A DNA stretch of 35,983 nt from Acholeplasma sp. (lineage in GTDB: Bacteria; Bacillota_I; Bacilli_A; Acholeplasmatales; UBA5453): assembly GCA_036677365.1 (NCBI GenBank), contig JAVBWN010000019.1:1-35983 (forward strand). Reading direction: 5' to 3'. A model generated the notes under the pieces. It saw nothing but the letters and a program-made list of their open reading frames with translations. It made no database searches and was not told where the DNA came from. Shown piece by piece: positions 18,067-26,823 of this stretch (position 1 is its first letter; the number at the start of each line of letters is the position of its first letter). Made by a program: the position numbers and the translations under genes.

Positions 18067-19276
18067 GCACATCCCCCTTAGCTTTTTTCTTCTTATCATA
18101 TAAACTGATCCCTACGATGAGTGCACCACCGACAATGACCACACCACCTAAGATGAGGTATAGGTTGGTTAGGTCGTTCGGTTCGTTCGCCAAGGTTGCA
18201 CTTTGTCTAAAGTTGTGGGTAAGATTTACAGTCTCTATCGAACCATCATACATATAGAAGATGGCTTCAATGCCTAAACTTTGAACCAAAGCTGTGGCTT
18301 GGTCTAGTGGCATTGAAAAGAGTGCTGTCGACATGGAGTCTAGTAGTGCCGAGTCATCACCAATGATGGTTACGACATGATAATACTGTTTTGGTTCAAA
18401 ATCAAATGGTGAAATGATGTGGTGGTAGACTTTACCTTTATAGGTGACAAATTGCTCATAGTTCCCGGAGGTTACGACCGCCTTGTTTCTCACTTCTAGG
18501 ATGCCCGAAATCCCGTTTTGATACAACCTTAGCGGGTCTTCTAATCCAACCCTAAATGGTCTATCGTTGGTTAATGAATCATCCGGATGAACCCCCACAA
18601 TGATGTTAGAGCGTCCTGCATTGATCATGTATTTGGTAATGTTTTTAGACGCCAAATACTCATTCGTTTTTTGGGTTGCATACCCTTTCGCAATCGCGCC
18701 TAAGTCTAATTTGAGGTTGCTGTTAGTGATATAAACAGAACGCTCCGAATCATTGAATACAATGCTTGAAGGGTTGACACTATCGGAGATAAGATTTAAA
18801 TCTGTTTGAACTTGTTGAAATACAGATTCTGGTAGTTCATTGAACATATATTCGCTATATATCGCACTTTTCCAGATATCAACGGCGTTACCGATCGCTG
18901 GATTAAAGAACCCGTTGGACTGATTGTGGTGTTGTACACTGAGCTTAATTAAATCGTATAATCTTTGGTCAACCACCACGGGTGAAATGCCTCTTTGATT
19001 GTTGATGGTGACTAAATTGTTCTCATGATACAGTGGGTCATCGTGTGTCAAATCCGGGGCTTTAAAATTGTCTGCCAAATGCCCATAAACGCGGTAAATA
19101 TCTTCAATAGCATCCAAATCTGCTTCTTCACCTTCATAGAGTGTAACAAGGATTTGGGTGCTCATATATTCCATTTCGCGTTGTAATAAAATGGCGGGTT
19201 CGGTGGCTTTTAAAGCGGTATGAGATTGTAATAAAATTGTGCACAAAAGACACAATATTGTGAATGTTTTTTTCAT
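18044..19276 (-). CDS. apbE: FAD:protein FMN transferase ApbE
   Basis: FNPAIG, LDLGAIAKGYA, VVTSGNYEQF, YHHIISP, DSMSTALF. Start at ATG 19276; signal peptide plus C-terminal TM helix. Confidence 0.93.
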   Translation of the reverse strand: MKKTFTILCLLCTILLQSHTALKATEPAILLQREMEYMSTQILVTLYEGEEADLDAIEDIYRVYGHLADNFKAPDLTHDDPLYHENNLVTINNQRGISPVVVDQRLYDLIKLSVQHHNQSNGFFNPAIGNAVDIWKSAIYSEYMFNELPESVFQQVQTDLNLISDSVNPSSIVFNDSERSVYITNSNLKLDLGAIAKGYATQKTNEYLASKNITKYMINAGRSNIIVGVHPDDSLTNDRPFRVGLEDPLRLYQNGISGILEVRNKAVVTSGNYEQFVTYKGKVYHHIISPFDFEPKQYYHVVTIIGDDSALLDSMSTALFSMPLDQATALVQSLGIEAIFYMYDGSIETVNLTHNFRQSATLANEPNDLTNLYLILGGVVIVGGALIVGISLYDKKKKAKGDVREDKDEV

Positions 19277-19406
19277 GTTTAATCGTCCTTTTTCCACGTT
19301 ATTATAACATGTATTGTTATAAGAAAAAAGCATTTTTTCAGACTCTAGGTACTTATCTGGGGTTAATTATAAAGTAAGTGTTTACAGTGTAATCAATTGT
19401 GTGAAC

Positions 19407-19434
19407 AAAAACACGAACCCTGAGGTCCGTGTTT
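19407..19434 (-). terminator. intrinsic terminator ending the rnf operon
   Basis: AAACACG-aACCctgaGGTc-CGTGTTT hairpin with an A-run. Confidence 0.7.
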
Positions 19435-19439
19435 GATGG

Positions 19440-19751
19440 TTAAAGTTTGATGCTTACAGGTGTACCATCTGGATTCGGATGGTCTTTCAAGTACTGAAGA
19501 ATCGGGTTAAAGTGTTTTTCCGCTTTGCCTGGTTTGCAACGGGATACGTTGCCGGCTTTACCGGAAACAATTTCGGTTGCGAACGCATGGCACCCTGGGG
19601 TTCCACACGCGCCACAGTTGTAATTTGGTAACATCTTTTCAACTGCTGCGATACGTTCATCTTCAAATACTTCAAGGTATTTAGCGGCGAAAGCCAATCC
19701 GACGCCAAGGATCAATCCAAGTCCACCTAAAACGAGTGTCGCTTGTATCAT
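19440..19751 (-). CDS. rnfB: short RnfB-like protein (TM helix plus a single N-terminal Fe-S domain)
   Basis: TM helix then LPNYNCGACGTPGC...CKPG, the RnfB N-terminal FeS motif. No CxxCxxCxxxCP ferredoxin repeats follow. Confidence 0.82.
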   Translation of the reverse strand: MIQATLVLGGLGLILGVGLAFAAKYLEVFEDERIAAVEKMLPNYNCGACGTPGCHAFATEIVSGKAGNVSRCKPGKAEKHFNPILQYLKDHPNPDGTPVSIKL

Positions 19752-19948
19752 TTCTTTATCTCCTTCATCATATCGATAGCTTCTTTAAACGAGCACCCAC
19801 CACTGATGGCGCACGTTTCACAACTTTGTGCTTCCATATAGGCATGTTGACAACTTTCAGGTACAGGTGTTTTTTTATTCAACACCGAAATCACGATGAA
19901 AATACCAATGAATGCCAATAGAAGCGTTAAACCAAGGATTTGTTCCAT
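19748..19948 (-). CDS. small single-TM Cys-rich protein (C-x9-CxxC-x5-C)
   Basis: 66 aa. Start overlaps the rnfA stop and stop overlaps the rnfB start (translational coupling). Confidence 0.8.
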   Translation of the reverse strand: MEQILGLTLLLAFIGIFIVISVLNKKTPVPESCQHAYMEAQSCETCAISGGCSFKEAIDMMKEIKK

Positions 19949-20529
19949 TAAATGAGTCCTTGTAAACCTAAGAATGCGAGTGACATCAAGCCAGCAACGA
20001 CCAATGCGATTGGCATGCCTTTGAATGCTTTAGGCACATTCGCTGAATCGAGTCTAATACGAATCGCAGAGAATGCGACAATGACCAAGGTGTAACCTAA
20101 TACGGTACCAAAGGTAATGGTCAAAGCATCTGCGAAGCCTTGAGCTTCAGTGATGTTGGTTTGTGCAACCCCAAGGACCGCACAGTTGGTGGTGATCAGT
20201 GGTAAGTAAACCCCTAAACCACGGTATAAGCTTTCGACATATTTCTTGAGTAACATTTCAACCAATTGAACCACGGCTGCGATGACTAAGATGAAGGCGA
20301 TGGTATCTACATAGCCAACCCCAAGTGGGTCAAGAACGTAGAAATATAGTGGGTATGTGATGGCGGTGGAAATCATCATGACGAACATGACGGCCGCACT
20401 CATGCCCCAAACGTTGGACATTTTCTTAGAAACACCTAAGAAGGAACAGATGCCTAAGAACTTGATGACGATGATGTTGTTGATGAGCATGGAGCTAATC
20501 AGTGATACGAAGAATACTTCTAATGTCAT
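19948..20529 (-). CDS. rnfA: Rnf complex subunit A
   Basis: FLGICSFLGVSK, LGVYLPLITTNCAVLG, VPKAFKGMPIAL. Confidence 0.95.
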   Translation of the reverse strand: MTLEVFFVSLISSMLINNIIVIKFLGICSFLGVSKKMSNVWGMSAAVMFVMMISTAITYPLYFYVLDPLGVGYVDTIAFILVIAAVVQLVEMLLKKYVESLYRGLGVYLPLITTNCAVLGVAQTNITEAQGFADALTITFGTVLGYTLVIVAFSAIRIRLDSANVPKAFKGMPIALVVAGLMSLAFLGLQGLI

Positions 20530-21191
20530 TTCTTAGCCACCACTTTCTTTTTAGGTTTTGCGTTGCCAACAGCAGCGAATAAGCCAAGCAATAACCCGAT
20601 AACTAGGAAGGCACCTGGGGGTGAAACCAGTACCCCTAGACCAAAATTACTTGGGAATAAACGTAAGGTTGTTTCAAATGGTAATGGTAACAATACACCT
20701 AAAGCGAGTGAACCTTTACCTAAGACTTCACGGATGATACCTACCAAGGTAATCGCCAATGCGAAGCCTGTTGCGGAACCAAGACCATCAATGAATGAGT
20801 TTAGAACCCCATTCTTGGATGCGAAGGATTCGGCTCTACCCAAGACGATACAGTTGACAGCGATCAATGGGATGAATACCCCAAGCGACTCTGCCAACGC
20901 ACCTGCGAACGCGTCGACAAACATCGATAAGATGGTAACGACGGTAGCGATGATGACGATGTAAGATGGGATACGTACATCGTTTGGAATGACATTGCGT
21001 AAAGCGGAGATGATGGCGTTGGTTACACCTAAAACCAAAATAACCATCAATCCCATACCGAATGCGGATTCAAATGAATTGGTTACCGCAAGCGCTGGAC
21101 ACATACCGAGCATCATTTTGAATGTTGCGTTTTCTTTGATGACACCGGTCATGAATATATCTTTTTTCTTTAATACGACTGCGTCACTCAT
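20526..21191 (-). CDS. rnfE: Rnf complex subunit E
   Basis: LGMCPALAVT, VRIPSYI, LGVFIPLIAVNCIVLGRAE, PPGAFL. Confidence 0.95.
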   Translation of the reverse strand: MSDAVVLKKKDIFMTGVIKENATFKMMLGMCPALAVTNSFESAFGMGLMVILVLGVTNAIISALRNVIPNDVRIPSYIVIIATVVTILSMFVDAFAGALAESLGVFIPLIAVNCIVLGRAESFASKNGVLNSFIDGLGSATGFALAITLVGIIREVLGKGSLALGVLLPLPFETTLRLFPSNFGLGVLVSPPGAFLVIGLLLGLFAAVGNAKPKKKVVAKK

Positions 21192-22153
21192 GCGAGCACC
21201 CCCTGTAAGGCTTCTAAGAGCTCTAAGATATGACCTCTAGAGAATGAAGCACCAGATACGGTATCTACCGATTCGTAGTTGGATACTGCCACACCTTCAA
21301 GTGCTGTAAAGTATGTACTATGCAATCCGTAGAATGAATTGGTGTGGTCTGAAGCCAGTGTATAGATGCCTTCAATATTATTTGTAGTATTGACACCAAC
21401 CAATAATGTTAATGCCCAGTTTTCATCTTCATGATGATCTACATTAGAACCCGTATTTCTAACGCTGCTCAATGTATAGGCATAACCAATGATGTTGTCT
21501 GAAGCATCTTTGATGATTTCTTTCTTGGTGACTTTGTCTGTAGGTACGAAAGTACCATCTTCCGTTTTACTTGCGTATGCACCGAAGATTTCAGCGTATG
21601 GGTCTACCGGATTCGGTTCAACTGGGTTCGCACCAGTCAAATCTCTAGAAATCGCGGATAAAATGTTGTGTACGATTGGCATGGAGTATGCAGATGCACC
21701 ACCGACCAAATCGACAGATAAATAGTTTTCAATGATTGCACCTTGTAATCTGACCAAGTCTGGTTTTAAAGACCCGTCAACAAAGGATGCGGTGTGTTCG
21801 GAATAATCCACAATGATTTTTGCGATTTCACGGTTTGCTTTAACAAATACATGTAATCTAAGTTCATCTTCAGACCCACCGTGACCAGGAATTTGTGTTG
21901 TAATGCCTGAGCCCACATACAAATACCCTAAAACCGTGTTGTCTTTCATCAATTTAATCTTTTCAGTAATGCTTGGTTGATTGATGGTCACCGATTCGAA
22001 CTTGTTTGCTGTTGGGAATACTTCTTGGTAGTAAGATAACGCTTGTTGATTGGCTTGATTGCTAATCAATGTGCTATAAGCAAATAAGAATACCACACCT
22101 AAAAGCAGTGCACTTAAAGCGTTGATAATTAATAGGCGATTTTCGCGTGTCAT
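21188..22153 (-). CDS. RnfG-like FMN-binding protein 2 (two FMN-bind-like domains)
   Basis: N-terminal TM helix; DLVGGAS and DTVSGASFS flavinylation-type motifs. Start at ATG 22153. Confidence 0.8.
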   Translation of the reverse strand: MTRENRLLIINALSALLLGVVFLFAYSTLISNQANQQALSYYQEVFPTANKFESVTINQPSITEKIKLMKDNTVLGYLYVGSGITTQIPGHGGSEDELRLHVFVKANREIAKIIVDYSEHTASFVDGSLKPDLVRLQGAIIENYLSVDLVGGASAYSMPIVHNILSAISRDLTGANPVEPNPVDPYAEIFGAYASKTEDGTFVPTDKVTKKEIIKDASDNIIGYAYTLSSVRNTGSNVDHHEDENWALTLLVGVNTTNNIEGIYTLASDHTNSFYGLHSTYFTALEGVAVSNYESVDTVSGASFSRGHILELLEALQGVLA

Positions 22154-22154
22154 T

Positions 22155-23132
22155 TTACAATACCCCCTGTAGTGCATTCAATAATTCTTGAATGTGAGCT
22201 AAGGATGCAGATGCACCTGAAATGGTATCGACTGAACTGTAGGTTGCTACAGATACGCCTTTTAAGGATTCAAAATAAGGTAAATGCATTTCAATGAAGT
22301 TTTTGGTATGCTGGCTAGATAAAATTTCAATACCTAAGAATTTATCTTCCGCATCCACACCTACCAATAAGGATAAGCTCCAGTCTTGGTCTTGGATGTA
22401 TTCGGTTAGGTTGCTGCCTGTACCTGTGTTTTTAACAGAGGTTAAGGTATATGCATAACCAATCACATTGTTCGATGCGTCTTTGATGATTTCACGTTTG
22501 GTTACTTTATCGGTAGCGGTGAAGGTGGAGTCGTCTTCTTTCGTTGCATATGCACCGAAGATGTCTTGATATGGGTCTTCAACCACAGGTCCAGCATTTT
22601 TGAATTGATTGATGGCATCTCTTAAGATGGTTCTCATGGTCGTTGATCCAAAGGATGAACCGGCAGCGGTGTCATACACGTTTGCACTTGAAGAGAATAC
22701 GATCAAATTGGTTAAATTGATGTCGTTGGCATTGAGCCCTTTGAATACCGATGCGTTGGTTTCAATCGCTGGTTTCATGGAAGGGGTTTGATCTAAGTTA
22801 AGGAATTGAATGCCTGTGATCTCACCGTTTTTCTTGATACCAACCAATTGATCGATGACACCATACGAGTTGGTCAATCTACCTTTGTAGATGTAGCCAA
22901 CGGTTTGTCCACCGTCTTTGACTTCTAAGACTTCATAAATGGTGCCTTGAAGGGTCACAGTGATTTTGTTAGCTTCATCGAGTCCCGGGAATAAGGCACT
23001 GTATGCTTTGAGTTCTGCTTTTCGTTCATTTTCTGCAATGATTGGCGCTGTGATTTGATTGGATAAGCCAATGAGTACACCACACGCAATCCCGATTAAG
23101 GTTAGCACTAATGCGGTTTTAAATATTTTCAT
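22155..23132 (-). CDS. rnfG: RnfG-like FMN-binding protein 1 (two FMN-bind-like domains)
   Basis: RnfG-type N-terminus (LVLTLIGIACGVLIG..NQITAPII), SYGVI...VGI...GEITGI, QTPS; YDTAAGSS and DTISGAS motifs. Confidence 0.85.
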   Translation of the reverse strand: MKIFKTALVLTLIGIACGVLIGLSNQITAPIIAENERKAELKAYSALFPGLDEANKITVTLQGTIYEVLEVKDGGQTVGYIYKGRLTNSYGVIDQLVGIKKNGEITGIQFLNLDQTPSMKPAIETNASVFKGLNANDINLTNLIVFSSSANVYDTAAGSSFGSTTMRTILRDAINQFKNAGPVVEDPYQDIFGAYATKEDDSTFTATDKVTKREIIKDASNNVIGYAYTLTSVKNTGTGSNLTEYIQDQDWSLSLLVGVDAEDKFLGIEILSSQHTKNFIEMHLPYFESLKGVSVATYSSVDTISGASASLAHIQELLNALQGVL

Positions 23133-24214
23133 TAGTTAAGCCCTCCTAATCCGACCAATACAATGAATCCAAGTAATGCCAATGAGACCACATAACCGAT
23201 GATGAACTTCACAGAGTATCTGTTTTTAGCCCACTTGTAATAATCGATGAGTGGTACGAAAATGTTGGCCAATAAAATAGCGAATACGACGCCTTCTGGG
23301 TAAGAACCAAAGAGGCGGATGAAAGCGACAATTGAACCGACCAATAAACCATAGATCCAACGGCCAGGTTTGGTGATAGGTGAAGTGACAGGGTCAGTGA
23401 CCATGTAAACTGCACCGAACAATAGACCACCGGCGAGAAGTTGGTATAGAACAGTATCGACAACTTTACCATCCACAGCAATGGCTGCAATCGCCATCAT
23501 CACGCTGAAAGATAATAACATCGATAAGGTCACTCTAAAGTCTGCTGCACGTCTAGCGAATAAATAAACACCGCCAACGATGATGAGTAATGCAGAAATT
23601 TCCCCCATAGAACCTGGGATGTTACCTAAGAATAAATCGAGGAATGTATAATTTTGAAGCACATTTGGAATATTCAATAAAGCATCTTTGATTGCGCTGA
23701 GTGGGGTTGCACCAACCACAGCGTCAATGCCGGTATAGGCAAATTGACTGGTGAAGGACAAACCAATGAATACTCTACCTGCTGCTGCTACGTTGAATAT
23801 GTTAGACCCTAAACCACCAAAAGCGGCTTTAACTACCAAGGCACCAAACAATGCCCCTACAGCAACCACATAAAGGGATAACGTGCTTGGCACGATCATC
23901 GCGTAAATGATGGCTGATACGAGTGGTGCGGTGATGTTATTGATGGTCAATGTTTTATAACGAACTTTGAATTTTTCTTTCCATTCTTTCACGGATGGGT
24001 GTGGTTTGGTTCGATAGAATGTCGTGACCACTTCGCCTAAGATGAAAATGATTGCCGATAATACGATACGGCTTACGGCATCCCAGCCAAAACGATAGAT
24101 TGCAAACACAACCACTGGGATTAAAGCGATGAGCACGTCCACCATCATGCGTTTCGTGCTGTTTTCCTTACGTACATAAGGTGCTGTTTGTTTAGCGTAG
24201 TTCATTTGCTTCAC
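23132..24214 (-). CDS. rnfD: Rnf complex subunit D
   Basis: MVDVLIALIP, FGGLGSNIFN, DAVVGATPL FMN site, PGSMGEIS, MVTDPVTSP, GSYPEGV. Confidence 0.95.
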   Translation of the reverse strand: MKQMNYAKQTAPYVRKENSTKRMMVDVLIALIPVVVFAIYRFGWDAVSRIVLSAIIFILGEVVTTFYRTKPHPSVKEWKEKFKVRYKTLTINNITAPLVSAIIYAMIVPSTLSLYVVAVGALFGALVVKAAFGGLGSNIFNVAAAGRVFIGLSFTSQFAYTGIDAVVGATPLSAIKDALLNIPNVLQNYTFLDLFLGNIPGSMGEISALLIIVGGVYLFARRAADFRVTLSMLLSFSVMMAIAAIAVDGKVVDTVLYQLLAGGLLFGAVYMVTDPVTSPITKPGRWIYGLLVGSIVAFIRLFGSYPEGVVFAILLANIFVPLIDYYKWAKNRYSVKFIIGYVVSLALLGFIVLVGLGGLN

Positions 24215-25516
24215 CTATTTTCTAATAAAGCGCTTCGCTTGTCTCATCGTTTCAGTTAAATGAATCTTCGATGGGCAGGTGAATGAACACAAACCACATT
24301 CGATACATTTATTGACATTGAGTACAGCCAATGCATCTTTATCTCTTTCTTTATAAGCATTCATGATTTGAACTGGTTGTAAGTCGACTGGGCAAGAATA
24401 TACACAAGATGCACAGTGGATACAAGGTTCTGTTTTGATCGGTTCTTCATCTAGTACGATGAGTGAGGTCACAGTCTTCGTCACGATCAAGTCATCGTTT
24501 TGAAGGTTGGTTCCCATCATTGGTCCACCACAAATAACCACTTTATTCTTGTCATTTTCAGTGTAACCACCACACATTTCAATGAGGTCTCTCACTGGGG
24601 TACCAATACGTACTGCGAAGTTTCTTTGTGTTTTAACGCCATTACCAGAGATGCTGACAAAACGTTCTGTGATTGGCATTCTGCGTTTAACTGCACGGTA
24701 GAAACCATATAAAGTCGCAACATTGAATACAGTAACACCATATTCTGCAGGCAATTTACCTACAGGCACTTGGATGCCTGTCGCTGACTTGATGGTGTCA
24801 ATTTCCCAACCTTGTGGGTAGTGATTACCGACACGTTTGATTTCAATGTCAAAATCAGTAAAACTGTGTCTTGCATTCTCAAGTACTTCATAGAGTTCAG
24901 GGTATTTCTTCTTAACAGCCACCACACCACGTTTCGCACCAGTCGCTCTCATCGCGTAGGTTAAACCTTCGATGATGCGGTGTGCTCTTTCTAAGATGAG
25001 TTTGTAGTCGGAAATCAAATGCGGTTCGCATTCAACCCCATTGGCTACCACGACATCGATTGGATGTTTGGTTTCAAGTTTGATGTAGGTTGGGAACCCT
25101 GACCCACCTAAACCCGATAATCCTGAGTCTTTGATGATTTGGATATAGTCTTCTTTGGTTAAAGCAGCAATCTCTTCATCGGTTCTAGAGACACAAGATT
25201 CGTGTAATACATACTTCTTATCGTTTTTAACGATGAGGCAGTCGACAGTTTGACCTGACGAGTGCACTTTCTTTTCAAAGCCTACCACATAACCACTGAC
25301 CGTGGAATGGATTGGTTGATCGAAAAATCCACCATGTCGCGTACCAATAAGTTCGCCTACTTTAACATATTGTCCATCGATGACACAAGATTCACCTGCT
25401 GGGCAGCGTAAATCTGTGGTCGGGAAATATAAGTATTCTGCTTCTAGGTAGTGATTGACGGGTTGGTTCTTTCTTTCTTTTTTCCCATCGGGAATGTGTC
25501 TTGTTTTCTCAATCAT
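24215..25516 (-). CDS. rnfC: Rnf complex subunit C
   Basis: PIHSTVSG, GLGGSGFPT, NGVECEP, YPQGWE, GGPMMG, CIHCASCVYSCP, CIECGLCSFTCP. Confidence 0.95.
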   Translation of the reverse strand: MIEKTRHIPDGKKERKNQPVNHYLEAEYLYFPTTDLRCPAGESCVIDGQYVKVGELIGTRHGGFFDQPIHSTVSGYVVGFEKKVHSSGQTVDCLIVKNDKKYVLHESCVSRTDEEIAALTKEDYIQIIKDSGLSGLGGSGFPTYIKLETKHPIDVVVANGVECEPHLISDYKLILERAHRIIEGLTYAMRATGAKRGVVAVKKKYPELYEVLENARHSFTDFDIEIKRVGNHYPQGWEIDTIKSATGIQVPVGKLPAEYGVTVFNVATLYGFYRAVKRRMPITERFVSISGNGVKTQRNFAVRIGTPVRDLIEMCGGYTENDKNKVVICGGPMMGTNLQNDDLIVTKTVTSLIVLDEEPIKTEPCIHCASCVYSCPVDLQPVQIMNAYKERDKDALAVLNVNKCIECGLCSFTCPSKIHLTETMRQAKRFIRK

Positions 25517-25532
25517 TTACTTCACCCCTTCA

Positions 25533-26768
25533 TTATAATGACTGATAAATCGGGAACCGATTCATCAATGAAATGACAGATTCTTTGACTTCATTTAAAA
25601 CGTTTGGATCTTGGTAGCCTCTCAATGCTTGATCCATTAAGATGGCGACTTGTTCGATGTCTGATTCTTTTAAACCACGTGTGGTGACCGCAGGTGTCCC
25701 TAAACGGATACCCGAAGTGACCATTGGTTTTTCAGGGTCAAACGGAATGTTGTTTTTGTTGCAGGTAATGTTCACCGATGACAAGATGTCCGCAGCTTGT
25801 TTTCCAGTCATACCAATCGAAGATTTGACGTCGACGAGCATCAAGTGGTTATCTGTACCACCAGAAACGATGCGATAACCCAAACTTTGGAGTTTGTTCG
25901 CTAAGGTTTGAGCGTTTTTCACCACTTGTTGTTGATAGGTGATGAAGCTTGGGTCTAAGGCTTCATAGAATGCGGTTGCTTTAGCAGCAATCACATGCAT
26001 CAATGGTCCACCTTGTATCCCCGGAAATACTTCTTTGTCGATTTTTTTGGCTAAATCGGGATCATTGGTTAAAATGATGCCGCCCCTTGGACCTCGTAAG
26101 GTCTTGTGGGTCGTGGATGTCACAGCGTGTGCGTATGGCATTGGGTTGGGATGCACACCAGCAGCGATTAGCCCTGCGATGTGTGCCATATCAACCAGGA
26201 GTTTCGCCCCAACCGCATCTGCGATTTCTCTGAATTTTTTGAAATCGATGATTCTTGGGTAAGCACTCGCTCCAGCAATGATGAGCTGTGGTTGTTCTTT
26301 TTTAGCAATCTCTAGGATGGCTTCATAATTCAGTGTTTCAGTGGCTTTGTCTACCCCATAGGTGGTTCCGACATAATCAATACCCGAGAAAGATAGTTTG
26401 TATCCGTGGGTGAGGTGTCCCCCATCCGATAGACCTAAACCTAGGATTTTTTCCCCTGGTTTAATGAGTGCACGGATGGCAGCCATGTTGGCTTGTGACC
26501 CAGAGTGTGGTTGGACATTCGCAAAGTTGGCATGAAACAATTGTTTAACACGTTCAATTGCGAGAGTTTCGACCACATCGACGTGTTCACAGCCTGAATA
26601 ATATCGTTTACCAGGGTATCCTTCCGCATACTTGTTGGTTAGGACAGAACCTTGTAAATACAGAATCGCTTCAGAGACAAAGTTTTCTGAGGCGATGAGT
26701 TCAATGTGTTCTTCTTGTCTTTGTTGTTCAAGACGAATGGCTTCTAATACGGCTGTATCTTTTAGCAT
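25533..26768 (-). CDS. glyA: serine hydroxymethyltransferase
   Basis: [41 protein letters not shown] lysine motif. Confidence 0.97.
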   Translation of the reverse strand: MLKDTAVLEAIRLEQQRQEEHIELIASENFVSEAILYLQGSVLTNKYAEGYPGKRYYSGCEHVDVVETLAIERVKQLFHANFANVQPHSGSQANMAAIRALIKPGEKILGLGLSDGGHLTHGYKLSFSGIDYVGTTYGVDKATETLNYEAILEIAKKEQPQLIIAGASAYPRIIDFKKFREIADAVGAKLLVDMAHIAGLIAAGVHPNPMPYAHAVTSTTHKTLRGPRGGIILTNDPDLAKKIDKEVFPGIQGGPLMHVIAAKATAFYEALDPSFITYQQQVVKNAQTLANKLQSLGYRIVSGGTDNHLMLVDVKSSIGMTGKQAADILSSVNITCNKNNIPFDPEKPMVTSGIRLGTPAVTTRGLKESDIEQVAILMDQALRGYQDPNVLNEVKESVISLMNRFPIYQSL

Positions 26769-26823
26769 AAGTTTCCTCTCATAAGCACGGTTATTATATC
26801 ATAATAGGTTTTTTTTTCTACCC

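Noticed and set aside
19440..19751. rnfB as a frameshifted pseudogene
   Set aside because: A terminator follows the stop directly and no ferredoxin-motif remnants are visible downstream, so it is treated as a naturally short form.
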